From NCBI GenBank assembly GCA_032718475.1, contig JAUCBJ010002605.1, positions 1 to 44,106 on the forward strand: DNA of 44,106 nt, in the 5' to 3' direction. Position numbers and translations under genes: made by a program. Each line of letters begins with the position of its first letter. Position 1 is the stretch's first letter. The stretch comes from Nemertoderma westbladi. Taxonomy: Eukaryota; Animalia; Xenacoelomorpha. Under the pieces are notes generated by a model. That model did not search any database and was not told the origin of the DNA. It was given only the letters and a program-made list of their open reading frames with translations. Shown here piece by piece: positions 1-9,780 of this stretch.

Positions 1-166
1 ACTACGTACCTACTAACTAACTAACTCTAGGTACTACGTACCTACTAACTAACCAACTATTTTTTATTTTATTTTTATTTTATTTGTGTGGGAAGGGCGT
101 CTCGCCCTCAATCCCACCCCCCTCAGTCCAAAACTTGGATGACTAAACTACGCACTAACTCCACTT

Positions 167-2779
167 CTAAGGTGCCCCTTCTAGAAGACAGCATTTCCCT
201 ACAGCTCTCCTGTAAGTTTTTCTGTCCTTCGCACCTAACTTTCCACCTATTCGCACTTCTACCGATCGGACTCTTCCGTCCTCGTCGGAGTAGGTGCCTA
301 CAACTCTCGCCAACCGCCATTGGTTGTTGATGATAGTATCATCCATGACGATTACGAGATCTCCCTCTTTTAACTCCCTGTTCGGTTTCCTCCACTTGCT
401 TCGCTTATGGAGCGTGGGTAGGTATTCTTCTACCCACCTCCTCCAATACTCTGCGCTTATTGCTTTAGCGACTTTCCAACTCTGGCGGGAATGTATATCA
501 TCTGGGTCTACACCCCGCATATCGATGGTCGCTGGCCTTTCCATCAGAAAATGGCTAGGCGTCAACACGTCTAATGACTCAGGGTCATCATTCTCCGGGT
601 ATAGCGGTCTGCTATTAATGATCCCCTCGCACTTCGCAAGTACTGTCCGTAAGACGTCTTCAGTGACCATGTGGGTGTTCATTAACTTCGTCATTAGACG
701 CTTTGAACTGCCCACCAGTCTCTCGACGCATCCTAGCGTATGTGGTGCATACGGCGTCCTTCTCTCCCACTTTACTTGTCGTCTTCTCATGGCCGCCCTG
801 ACTTCTTCTCCTTCTAAGATGTCCAAGGCTTCTGCCATCTCACTCTCTGCGCCCACAAAGTTGGTGCCGTTGTCGCTGTATATCACTGCGATCGTCCCAC
901 CTTTGCGGTCCCTAAACCTTTCTAAGGCGTTAATGAATGCTGATGCGGTTGCATCTTGGGCGAGTTCTATCCCTACCGCCCGCGTATTGTTGCATACGAA
1001 GATAATACCGTAGCGTTTCTCCGTGTGTCGCATCACCTTGATCTTTATCGGCCCGAACATGTCCACACCGCAATGCGTAAATGGCGGGTCGTGCTGTCTT
1101 ACCCTACTCGCCGGTAGTGGCGCCATCTCCTGTGTGGCTCGCTCCTTCTTCGCCCGTCGGCAGGTCTGGCACTGCCCCACTACCGCTTTAACCTTCTTCC
1201 TTAATTGTTTGACCCAATAGGTCCTCCTTATCTCTGTGAGGGTTCGGTTGGTGCCCCCATGCAGTATCGATTTGTGGGAGTCCCATATGATCTGGTGGAC
1301 TATAGGCGATCCTGTGGGAATGATGATGGGTTTCGGTGGCACGACTATGCTGTTGTTATATCCCACCCTAGAATTCATTACTAGAATCCCATCCTCGTTG
1401 AGTTGTGGCGACAGCGTAATCAACTCGCTGTCCCGTCGGAGGTGCTGTTGGTTGCCGACACGTTCCACCTCGTTGCCGTAGTTCTTCCGTTGTTCATAGC
1501 GGATTATTGCCTTGGCCGCTCCTTCCAGATCTATGGTTTCCCTGGTTTTCTTCTCCTTATTAACTCCCGCGAGGAAATTCCCGAAGGCTCTCCAGTACGC
1601 CACTAGTTTCTTGGTCTTGTACCAACTAGAACTGTAGCTGAGGAGTTTGTCCGTCGGGTTATCGCGTAGTTCTTGCTTTGGTTGCACGTCCCTAATCTCC
1701 CTCACCATCTGGGAGTATATCTCTTCTCCCTCCGAGTCTCCCTCTTCTCCCTCTGACACCACTTCTGAGCCCGGCTCCACCTTTCTCATTGGCGGCCAGG
1801 CCTCTTTATCGCTCAGAAATTGTGGCCCATGTTGCCACAATACTTCCTTCTTTAAGAAAGTGTGGCGTTCCACGCCCCTCGACAGCAAGTCCGCTGGGTT
1901 CTCGTCTGTTGGGCAGTAGTGCCACCTTTCCAGTTCTGTGCTCGCCCTTATTTCATCCACTCTATTCGCGACGAATATCGGGTATCTCGTCTTTTCGTTG
2001 TGTAGCCAACCAAGCACTACCATGGAGTCCGTCCAGTAGTGTGTCTCCACTATGTTGGGAATTGTATCCACTAGGTAGGCTGTGGCTCTAACTCCTAGTC
2101 TCGCAGCTGTCAATTCTAACTTGGGAACAGATGCTGAATCTGGCGGCGTTGACTTAGCTTTGCTAAAGGCTAGTCTGGGCTTGTGAGCCCCCTCTCGTTG
2201 TACTAAATAGAGTGCCGCTCCATATGCCTCTAACGACGCATCGGAGAACATATGTAGGTCCAGATTCGTCATGTTCCCGTCTGGGAAATACACTCGCGGC
2301 ATGTTGTATGTTCCCATGCTTTCCAAGTCTCCTGTCCATTTGCTCCACTGTTTCTTAATGTCCTCTGGTACCTCTACGTCCCACTCATCCTTCAATTTAT
2401 ATACTCTCTTGAGTATCTGTTTCCCCGTGACTAGTAATGGGGATGCTAGGCCTAGGGGATCGTATATCCTTGCTATATACGATACATAACCCCTCTTCGT
2501 ATGGGTGTCTGCGCCCTCTTGGCTCAGCTGATACTTCAGTTTGTCTGTTCCTCTATCCCACACGATTCCCAATGCCTTTTGCTGCGATTGTGTTCTCTTA
2601 TTCGCCATGTCCTGTCCTTTGGCTGTTGTAGGGTTGTCCATGGTCGATTCTGGTTTCTTGTCCTCTATTGCCTTGATAAATTCTTCTGAACTGGATTGGA
2701 ATTTGGTCAGGTTGAAGCCGGATCCTTTCAGGATGTCGCGAACCTCGCGCCCTGTTTCCAGTATCTCCTCAACTGTATT
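167..2779 (-). CDS. BEL/Pao RT C-terminus, RNase H and integrase (in-frame continuation after the TGA at 2780-2782)
   Basis: Same frame as the upstream ORF; by-hand translation after the stop reads NTVEEILETGREVRDILKGSGFNLTKFQSS; integrase HHCC (H..ILHGG..CQTC) and DDE core (VDMF, SDNG, VER). Confidence 0.9.
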   Translation of the reverse strand, partial: NTVEEILETGREVRDILKGSGFNLTKFQSSSEEFIKAIEDKKPESTMDNPTTAKGQDMANKRTQSQQKALGIVWDRGTDKLKYQLSQEGADTHTKRGYVSYIARIYDPLGLASPLLVTGKQILKRVYKLKDEWDVEVPEDIKKQWSKWTGDLESMGTYNMPRVYFPDGNMTNLDLHMFSDASLEAYGAALYLVQREGAHKPRLAFSKAKSTPPDSASVPKLELTAARLGVRATAYLVDTIPNIVETHYWTDSMVVLGWLHNEKTRYPIFVANRVDEIRASTELERWHYCPTDENPADLLSRGVERHTFLKKEVLWQHGPQFLSDKEAWPPMRKVEPGSEVVSEGEEGDSEGEEIYSQMVREIRDVQPKQELRDNPTDKLLSYSSSWYKTKKLVAYWRAFGNFLAGVNKEKKTRETIDLEGAAKAIIRYEQRKNYGNEVERVGNQQHLRRDSELITLSPQLNEDGILVMNSRVGYNNSIVVPPKPIIIPTGSPIVHQIIWDSHKSILHGGTNRTLTEIRRTYWVKQLRKKVKAVVGQCQTCRRAKKERATQEMAPLPASRVRQHDPPFTHCGVDMFGPIKIKVMRHTEKRYGIIFVCNNTRAVGIELAQDATASAFINALERFRDRKGGTIAVIYSDNGTNFVGAESEMAEALDILEGEEVRAAMRRRQVKWERRTPYAPHTLGCVERLVGSSKRLMTKLMNTHMVTEDVLRTVLAKCEGIINSRPLYPENDDPESLDVLTPSHFLMERPATIDMRGVDPDDIHSRQSWKVAKAISAEYWRRWVEEYLPTLHKRSKWRKPNRELKEGDLVIVMDDTIINNQWRLARVVGTYSDEDGRVRSVEVRIGGKLGAKDRKTYRRAVGKCCLLEGAP

Positions 2780-5700
2780 TCAAGACTCCATACCGTCGTC
2801 TACGTAGAAGCCGCGTCGGATCATATCGACGGCCCTACTGCTATATCTATCTTCCTTCCCCTTTACCGTGTCTCTTACTGCCATAGTCGTCGTAAATGAG
2901 GACGACTTGGCCCCCATGTTTTGTACTACCATCTTATATGCCGGTATTATAGGCGGTTCTTCCTCGCCGTTATACCATAAGAAGCGTTGACTGTCGCTAT
3001 CTTCCTCTGTTACACGGACTTGGTTGAACATGCCTTCTATGTCGCACGTGAAGGCGTGTTTCCCATTCCTAAATCTAAGTAGTACTTCTATGCCCGAATT
3101 GTATATGTTTGGGCCCTCTAGTAGGTAGTCGTTTAAGCACTTTCCGTCGGTCTTTGCCGATGCATCGACTACCATCCTAAGTTTACCTTTCTTTGGGTCT
3201 AAAGCTACGTGGAGTGGCAGGTAGTATGTCCTGTCCGTGTTCGGTTCGTCGACCGGTAACTCCACGGCCCATCCCTTCTCGACATACTTCTTAATCGTTT
3301 TGTGAATGTACTCGTTCTTCTCGGGGCTCCGTTTTAGTGTTTGTTTCAGCTTGCGGAGTCTCGTGAGTACCATCCCTCTATTATCGGGTAGCGGTATCTT
3401 CGGTAGTTTCCATACCATTCCTATTGTATACCGCCCCTCATCACACGTCATCGATTCCTCCACGCTTCGTAGAGCCTGTTTGTCTTCTACCGAGGTCCCG
3501 ACCCCGGTCTCTTTCAGTCCCTCAAAGTCTTGTCTGAGCAGTCTTTTAAGCTGCTCCTCTGCTCCCTCATCACCCATTTCCTGCATTGTTCCTGCGAACA
3601 TGCATCCTGATGTCTCCGACATCCTGAATGGTATCTTGCTCTTAATTGGACCACTCAGCGTCCACCCGAATGGTGTTAATATGGCCACCGGGTCGCTCTG
3701 CTTGTCTTCGCCGAAGACCGTTTGCATTCTTTCGTGGGCCGCCGGGCAGTCCATTCCTACTATGATGGATACCTTCCTAACGTCCACGTCTGGGATCGAG
3801 AAGTCAATGTCGTCCAGGAATTTGTATTGCTCGACCTCGATGTTGGTTGGCCGCCTGGCATTGATGTTAATTGACTCTATTACTTGGATGGGGTCGATGG
3901 TTGCCCCATAATCGCATCCTGGTGCCACTGCTGCAATTGCGCACCGTCCTGTCCTCATCTCTAGGATCTCATCTTTGCTAGAGATGGTTGTTACCGCCAT
4001 TCTGCTTGGCCTTGTTCTCAATCCTATTTCTTCGGCTACCCATTCCTCGACTAATGTGAAGGCAGCTCCACTATCAACCAGCATTAGTGTTGTTACTGAT
4101 CGATTGCCCTCCCCGATCACTCGCACCGGTACTACTCCAAGTAACACCGTGCCTCTCTTCTTCGCCCCTACCGTGCTCGTTGCCATCGTTTGGCCTCTCC
4201 TTTGGCCAAACTTGACCGGCTTCTCTTGGCACTCCCTGGCCTTGTGTCCACTCTTCACACATCGCGAGCAGATTTTATTGCTCGACGCGTAATCTATCTG
4301 GTCTTGCCTCGGTAGCGCCTGCCAGTACCTGCAGTTCATGGTTTTATGAAGCGCATTTGCGTGTAACTGGCATTTGCTCTTTGGGTCGTAGCCCTCTTTA
4401 TACAATGCATTGCGTATCGCAGTTATATTCGTACCAAAGTCCCTACTATTCTTGTTGACTGGATTTGGCCTACTGGACGTACTGGGGTTATGTTTATTCA
4501 TGTTGTTATTGTTCCCCTGTCCGTTCCATGATGTAGTCTTATCTTCGTTTGCCTGTGGACTTGCAGTCCCCTGGGTCGCTGCGTATGGCAATGATTGCCT
4601 GAGCCTCGGCAATGCGTTTGATGTATTGTGCTCTGGTTTCGGCCTGTAGTGATCTGTCTTTGGTCCCTTTCCCAGGCTATCTTCGCTATAGACTGGGTCC
4701 GTTATTAGTTCAGCCTCGTAATTTAAGAAGTTTGACATTTCTTCTAAACCCGGTTCCGCACCCTTCTTGTCTCGAGTGGAGAAAGCAATTTTCCTCCACT
4801 TGTTGCGCATCCAACTCGGTAGTGCCTGCGCTATCGTGGTGATGTTATTGGACGCGTTGAGCTCGTATGGCGCGTCTAGCGTCTTCAACACGATTAGCGC
4901 CTTTTCGACTTTGTTAGCAAATGTCTTGATGCTAACGGGGTTATCCTGTAGGCCACCCGATGTTATGCCTCTCAGCGTCTGCCTGATGATCTTGGCCGGG
5001 TGCCCGTATTCCCTATCCAGTGCCCGCCATGCTGTCGTGAAGCCGCCCTCTATTCCCTGATATTGCCTCACGATGTCGTATGCTGGGCCTCCCGTGTACA
5101 CTTGTAGATACTTTAGGCACTCCGCCTGCGTCAAGTTTTTTGTTAGTATTTCGTTACTATACATTCGCCGAAACTGTAAATATTCTTCCGGCCTACTCCC
5201 GTCGAACTTGAATGGTTCCACGGGTGGTAACTCGATCCTCGTTTTCAAAGCATCGATCAACGTGGCCATCCCTATCGCCTGCGCTTCCAATGGATTCGAC
5301 GGGTGCTGTATAGTTTCCCCTGTCTGGTGCGTTCCGTCTGTCCTATTTCTTGACCTTCTCTGGCTTGGGTATGTCATTGGGGGTAGCGGCCCCCTCCATA
5401 TATCTGTGTCACACGATCTGTTTTCGTCCAGGGGTCTCGTTGTTCTTGCTACCATCGGGGTATATTGTTGATATTGTGATGGGGGAATGTCATCCTGTCC
5501 CCCCCCCACCGGTATGTTTGGTAATGGGGTTGATGTTAATATGTTGGGGCCCATGCACCTATCCGCAATAATTCCCCCCTCCCCTGGGTATATGTTATGT
5601 CCCTGCATGTTGTAGTCATACTGCTGTGCTGGTACCGGTATAGGCCTATCAGCTTCTGGCCTACTCGCCGGTACGTATTCCGCGACTTCCGGGTTTAATT

Positions 5701-8623
5701 CCGTCGTCCGCGCTATCCTATCGCCTACACAGCCTCTCTCAGTATGGCCTATGGTATGTGCAGTAAGGCCTACAGTATGTCCTACAGTCTGCATGTGTTG
5801 TTCGGGATCGAAGTTTATTCTTCTCGAATAATCCTCCCCGCGGCTACCGTATTCTCGTTCGGTAGGTATATCCCGTCGGAAAGTTTCTCTTCGACCCCCC
5901 TCTCTACTGTTCTCATCTTCGTACCGGTACATCGCGTACCCCTCTCTCGGCGCGTAGTGCGCCTCGCCGGGTCGCGTCCCTCCGGGGCGACGGCAATCTC
6001 CCGGAGTCCGACCCCACTGACTCTCCGTTCTCATCTCGACTATCGACGGCTCGCTATCCGTCCTCGCTCTTCTATCGTTCGCGGCGATACTTCTACTACT
6101 GTCTTCCTTTCTTCTCCTAGCAGTGGAATATTCCCGCTCGCGAGATCTCTCGCCGACCTCCCGGTTAAACCCCACTGTTCTTCTTCCCTCCTCTGATCGG
6201 GCTCGACGCTTCGTCCGCCCTCTCGCGATGTCAACCTGTCCCTCTCTGCTCGGTCGCACGCCGCTGGGGATACTCGCGATCCCCCTATTACTTTCCGTCG
6301 CCGGTCGTTGCGGTTTACCTATTTCGGCCCTCGCATTATCCGCTGATGGCTGTGGGACACTCCCTGCCCCCCCCCCTCTCGCCGCTAACTCTCTGTTGTG
6401 GGGTCCTCGTAGCCCCCCCCCCCACTCGCTACATCTAACTTCGCTACCTCTCTCCCCGCTATTATATACCTCTCTAGTCGACACATCAACCCTACTGCGG
6501 TCGGGTCTATTCACCCCCGCCTCTTCCCCTGCTATTACGTGGCCTTCCAGGCCCTCTACTCCCTGCCTACCAACTACATGGCCTACCAGGCCCTCTGCTC
6601 CCTGTCTACTAACTACGTGGCCTACCAGGCCCTCTATTCCCCGTCTACTAACTACGTGGCCTACCAGGCCCTCTATTCCCTGTCTACTGACTATGTGACC
6701 TACCAGGCCCCCTTCCGCCTGGTTATGTAGGCCCGACGTGTTTACATTAATAGCACCCATATTGGAAACGGAATCAATTTGCCCGCTCGAAACAAAATCA
6801 TTTGTATTATTCTGCGCGACTACGTTATCTGAATTATTTCGTAAATTCGGGCATAGGTCATTATTTAAATTATTCGAATTATTTTGCGTAACTGCGTTAT
6901 TTAAATTATTTTGTAGGTTCGAATTTGGGTCATTACTTCGATTATTTGAATTATCCTGCGTAACTACATCAATATTAGAATTGTTTCCTACACCAATACT
7001 GGGATCGTTCTGATTTAAATTCAAATTACTACCACTAGGCAAAGTATTTCCTGTAATAAAGGTCTGATTAGTGTTGTCCCATACGGTATTATCAATATTA
7101 ACAACGTCTACTGTACCATTATTATTATTACCCCCCCCGCCCGTACGGTCGCACCAGTCTTGAGTGTGTCGTGCGGTTCCTGTCAGTGGGGTATTAATAA
7201 ATGTATCTACGGCCCCCGGCTCCCTAAAAATACTCGAGCCGGCCCCGCTTTCAGACGGCGACGCTCGCACCAGTTGCAGCTCGTGCGCCCGTCTAATCTT
7301 ATCTCCCGCAAGCACATTCTGGCGCTTCTTTATTTCTTTCTGCTCTCGTTCAGCCTCTGCCTTTCTCTTCTCACACTCCTGGGTGTCCCGGGCGGCCGAC
7401 TCCGCTACACTCCTAATACTCTCCCTTCGTCTCACCTCGCGCTCCTTACGTTCCTTTTCCCTTCTCGCCTCACGCTCTTTGCGTTCCCTATCCTCCCTCT
7501 CCTCACACTCTTTACGTTCCCTATCCTCCCTCTCCTCACGCTCCCTACACTCCTTTTCCTCTATTTCCTCACACTCCCTAAGATTTCTCAAAGCCCTCTC
7601 TGCCCTCTCTCCGGTTTCTCTAATCAATGCTTCTTCCCTCGCTAACCGCACTCTCCCCTCCTCTAACCGTTCCTCCATTTCCCTCTGACCTTGTTCTACC
7701 ATGCTGAGACGGTATGCGGCACCTATCTCTCTCACCACTCTTTCTTTCGCGGAGGATGTAGCAGACTTATCGGTTACAACGGACCCCCTCCGCCTTCCCG
7801 ACCTACTAACTTTCCCCCGCTTCCCCGAACTCTCTCCGACCGACGAGGCCGAATCCTCGGGGTTAACCTCGGATCCGCCCCCCTCGGGTTCCCTCCAACC
7901 CACTAATTTTGCTCCCCGGGCATCGACCAAGTATGGCCCTATGTACACTGGCGCTACGCTAGGTTCCATACTCCCGCACTCCCATAGTTCAAACAGTTCG
8001 CCCGCAACCCCTTTTGCTCTCTCCCCGGCTAGTTCTCTCTGCCCAAAACGTATTAGGTAATTAAAGTGTCTATCCGACTCACCTAGTCGCTTTCTCAGTC
8101 TCACCTCGTCTACCTTCGCCCCTTCCTTCTTGGCGTCCTTCATCAGCTTCCGGGTCGCGTTGTAGGCCCGTCGAAGTCGTTCTGAAACCCCGACGTCCTC
8201 GTCGCCGACCTCTCCTCCGTCCCTCCGGGTTCGGCGTCGTACCGGCGGCCCCACCGTCGCCGTTCCGGTGGGCCGTCCGTCGCCCTCGGCCTGTAGCTGG
8301 CCGGCGACATCGGTACCGATCTCTCCTCTGTCTCTTCGCGTCCGGCGTCGCACCGTCGGCCCCACCGTCGCCGTTTCGGTGGGCCGCTCGTCGCCCTCGG
8401 CCGGTAGCTGGCCGGCGATATCGGCGCGCCGTTCTCCGTCTCGTGTCGACTCGTCTCCATCTCCCTCCGTCCCGCTCTCGCTTTGTCTTGGCTCGTTCTG
8501 GACTTCCGGTTCGCCCGTTATCGATGGCTCCGGCGTCGTGGGCCTGTATCGCTTGGTCGCGGCCTCGCGGATCGTTTGATCTTCGTCCGGGGTCCGCGTC
8601 GGTGTTTCGCCCGATTCACTCAT
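2780..8623 (-). CDS. BEL/Pao Gag-protease-RT (N-terminal part of gag-pol, ends at a premature TGA)
   Basis: 1947-aa ORF: capsid-like region (LPPVEPFKFDG..., ALPSWMRNKW), Cys/His knuckles (CQLH..H..C, CSRCVKSGHKAREC), aspartic protease LVDSGA, RT up to FYVDDGMES. Confidence 0.9.
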   Translation of the reverse strand: MSESGETPTRTPDEDQTIREAATKRYRPTTPEPSITGEPEVQNEPRQSESGTEGDGDESTRDGERRADIAGQLPAEGDERPTETATVGPTVRRRTRRDRGEIGTDVAGQLQAEGDGRPTGTATVGPPVRRRTRRDGGEVGDEDVGVSERLRRAYNATRKLMKDAKKEGAKVDEVRLRKRLGESDRHFNYLIRFGQRELAGERAKGVAGELFELWECGSMEPSVAPVYIGPYLVDARGAKLVGWREPEGGGSEVNPEDSASSVGESSGKRGKVSRSGRRRGSVVTDKSATSSAKERVVREIGAAYRLSMVEQGQREMEERLEEGRVRLAREEALIRETGERAERALRNLRECEEIEEKECREREEREDRERKECEEREDRERKEREARREKERKEREVRRRESIRSVAESAARDTQECEKRKAEAEREQKEIKKRQNVLAGDKIRRAHELQLVRASPSESGAGSSIFREPGAVDTFINTPLTGTARHTQDWCDRTGGGGNNNNGTVDVVNIDNTVWDNTNQTFITGNTLPSGSNLNLNQNDPSIGVGNNSNIDVVTQDNSNNRSNDPNSNLQNNLNNAVTQNNSNNLNNDLCPNLRNNSDNVVAQNNTNDFVSSGQIDSVSNMGAINVNTSGLHNQAEGGLVGHIVSRQGIEGLVGHVVSRRGIEGLVGHVVSRQGAEGLVGHVVGRQGVEGLEGHVIAGEEAGVNRPDRSRVDVSTREVYNSGERGSEVRCSEWGGGLRGPHNRELAARGGGAGSVPQPSADNARAEIGKPQRPATESNRGIASIPSGVRPSREGQVDIARGRTKRRARSEEGRRTVGFNREVGERSREREYSTARRRKEDSSRSIAANDRRARTDSEPSIVEMRTESQWGRTPGDCRRPGGTRPGEAHYAPREGYAMYRYEDENSREGGRRETFRRDIPTEREYGSRGEDYSRRINFDPEQHMQTVGHTVGLTAHTIGHTERGCVGDRIARTTELNPEVAEYVPASRPEADRPIPVPAQQYDYNMQGHNIYPGEGGIIADRCMGPNILTSTPLPNIPVGGGQDDIPPSQYQQYTPMVARTTRPLDENRSCDTDIWRGPLPPMTYPSQRRSRNRTDGTHQTGETIQHPSNPLEAQAIGMATLIDALKTRIELPPVEPFKFDGSRPEEYLQFRRMYSNEILTKNLTQAECLKYLQVYTGGPAYDIVRQYQGIEGGFTTAWRALDREYGHPAKIIRQTLRGITSGGLQDNPVSIKTFANKVEKALIVLKTLDAPYELNASNNITTIAQALPSWMRNKWRKIAFSTRDKKGAEPGLEEMSNFLNYEAELITDPVYSEDSLGKGPKTDHYRPKPEHNTSNALPRLRQSLPYAATQGTASPQANEDKTTSWNGQGNNNNMNKHNPSTSSRPNPVNKNSRDFGTNITAIRNALYKEGYDPKSKCQLHANALHKTMNCRYWQALPRQDQIDYASSNKICSRCVKSGHKARECQEKPVKFGQRRGQTMATSTVGAKKRGTVLLGVVPVRVIGEGNRSVTTLMLVDSGAAFTLVEEWVAEEIGLRTRPSRMAVTTISSKDEILEMRTGRCAIAAVAPGCDYGATIDPIQVIESININARRPTNIEVEQYKFLDDIDFSIPDVDVRKVSIIVGMDCPAAHERMQTVFGEDKQSDPVAILTPFGWTLSGPIKSKIPFRMSETSGCMFAGTMQEMGDEGAEEQLKRLLRQDFEGLKETGVGTSVEDKQALRSVEESMTCDEGRYTIGMVWKLPKIPLPDNRGMVLTRLRKLKQTLKRSPEKNEYIHKTIKKYVEKGWAVELPVDEPNTDRTYYLPLHVALDPKKGKLRMVVDASAKTDGKCLNDYLLEGPNIYNSGIEVLLRFRNGKHAFTCDIEGMFNQVRVTEEDSDSQRFLWYNGEEEPPIIPAYKMVVQNMGAKSSSFTTTMAVRDTVKGKEDRYSSRAVDMIRRGFYVDDGMES
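6539..6715 (-). repeat. 39-bp in-frame coding tandem repeat (~4.5 copies, EGLVGHVVSRQGx)
   Basis: Units begin at 6541, 6580, 6619, 6658 and 6697. Confidence 0.9.
8200..8421 (-). repeat. 111-bp in-frame duplication in the Gag N-terminus
   Basis: DIAGQLPAEGDERPTETATVGPTVRRRTRRD versus DVAGQLQAEGDGRPTGTATVGPPVRRRTRRD. Confidence 0.9.
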
Positions 8624-8669
8624 CTCGTCTGGTGGCTGATGGTTCGGCTAGCTAGGCTGCAGTTTTTGA

Positions 8670-9780
8670 TGTTCAACTGGGGCTTCTTCCTCGGATTTAG
8701 TTACTGGTCCCTGGGTTTAGTTACTGTGACGGGATCCAGGAGGGATCCCGATTTATCCGGTGTGGTAATTTAGTCCACGCGTCCCCGCCGTGTATAAGGA
8801 TGAAATAAAGTAACTGAGTTCTGAAGTTCGGTGTATAATAATAATAGGGCATAGGATATAGATATAGATATAATGTGTACAAGGCGGGATACGGTAACTA
8901 AAGTCCCGTGATCCCCTAACTAAACTAAAGTACAATACCAACCTACGCTAGCACTGCTGCACTGAGATAACTGAATCACTGATTAATAGGTTATTGGTTA
9001 TATTGCACGGTGGCCTTATTGCTACTCAATCGATGCCTTGCCCCCCTCTGATTGGTTGTTACCCTTGTTGGCGCCCCATGGAGTGTTCCCGTTCACTCCA
9101 CCTGTTCTCTCTGGGTTAGGGGTTTGGCCCCTGACCCTCTATTGTGTGCTTCCTTCCCACTCTTATTGGGATGGCACGAGTTGGTTGATTGCCCAATCTC
9201 GTGGCTCCCAATATTGCTTATCGGCTTATAACTTTATGGGGTGTTAGCGGGATTGAATAAGCTAACAGTATAACCGTTGTCCTAACCTTTGTCCCGCAGT
9301 TAGTTTAACCGCTGTCCTAACCTTTGTTCATCAGTTAGTTTAACCGGTTTTATAACCTTTGTTCCGCAGTTAGTTTAACCGCTGTCCTAACCTTTGTTCC
9401 GCAGTTAGTTTAACCGCTGTCCTAACCTTTGTTCATCAGTTAGTTTAACCGGTTTTATAACCTTTGTTCCACAGTTAGTTTAACCGCTGTCCTAACCTTT
9501 GTTCATCAGTTAGTTTAACCGGGTTTCTAACTGTTGTCCCACAGTTAGTTTAATCAGTTAGTATAACCGCTGTCCTAACCTTTGTTTCGCAGTTAGTTTA
9601 ACCGCTGTCCTAACCTTTGTTCATCAGTTAGTTTAACCGGGTTTCTAACTGTTGTCCCACAGTTAGTTTAATCAGTTAGTATAACCGCTGTCCTAACCTT
9701 TGTTTCGCAGTTAGTTTAACCGCTGCCCTAACCTCTGTTCCTCAGTTGTTCCTTCTCTCAGTAGTTTGACCTTCATTACA
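8670..9780 (-). repeat. Probable 5' LTR of the BEL element
   Basis: Minus strand begins TGTAATG at 9780 and ends TTGAACA at 8670, 46 nt before the gag ATG; CCAAT (9051-9055) and TATAA (8998-9002) on the minus strand. Partner LTR is not in the window, so boundaries are inferred. Confidence 0.55.
9268..9745. repeat. 35-bp minisatellite in the putative LTR U3 (~13 copies)
   Basis: Unit agttagtttaaccgctgtcctaacctttgttccgc at 9298, 9333, 9368...; ~118-bp higher-order repeat (9541 and 9659). Confidence 0.92.

Larger units (their letters stand above)
1..9780 (-). mobile_element. BEL/Pao LTR retrotransposon (3' end runs off the left edge)
   Basis: Single gag-PR-RT-RNaseH-IN frame with BEL-type motifs (YLPLH..LRMVVDASA, YVDD, FSDAS..AYGA, VPKLEL, WTDSMVVLGW, FVANRV, NPADLLSRG, GVDMFGP, SDNGTNF, C-terminal DGRVRSVEV); probable LTR upstream. 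Confidence 0.93.

Noticed and set aside
2780-2782. Programmed readthrough or selenocysteine at the TGA
   Set aside because: It lies inside RT rather than at the gag/pol boundary, and I see no supporting signal; a nonsense change is simpler.
88-8773. Many + strand ORFs overlapping the BEL gag-pol
   Set aside because: Antisense shadows of a long coding frame; no independent motifs.
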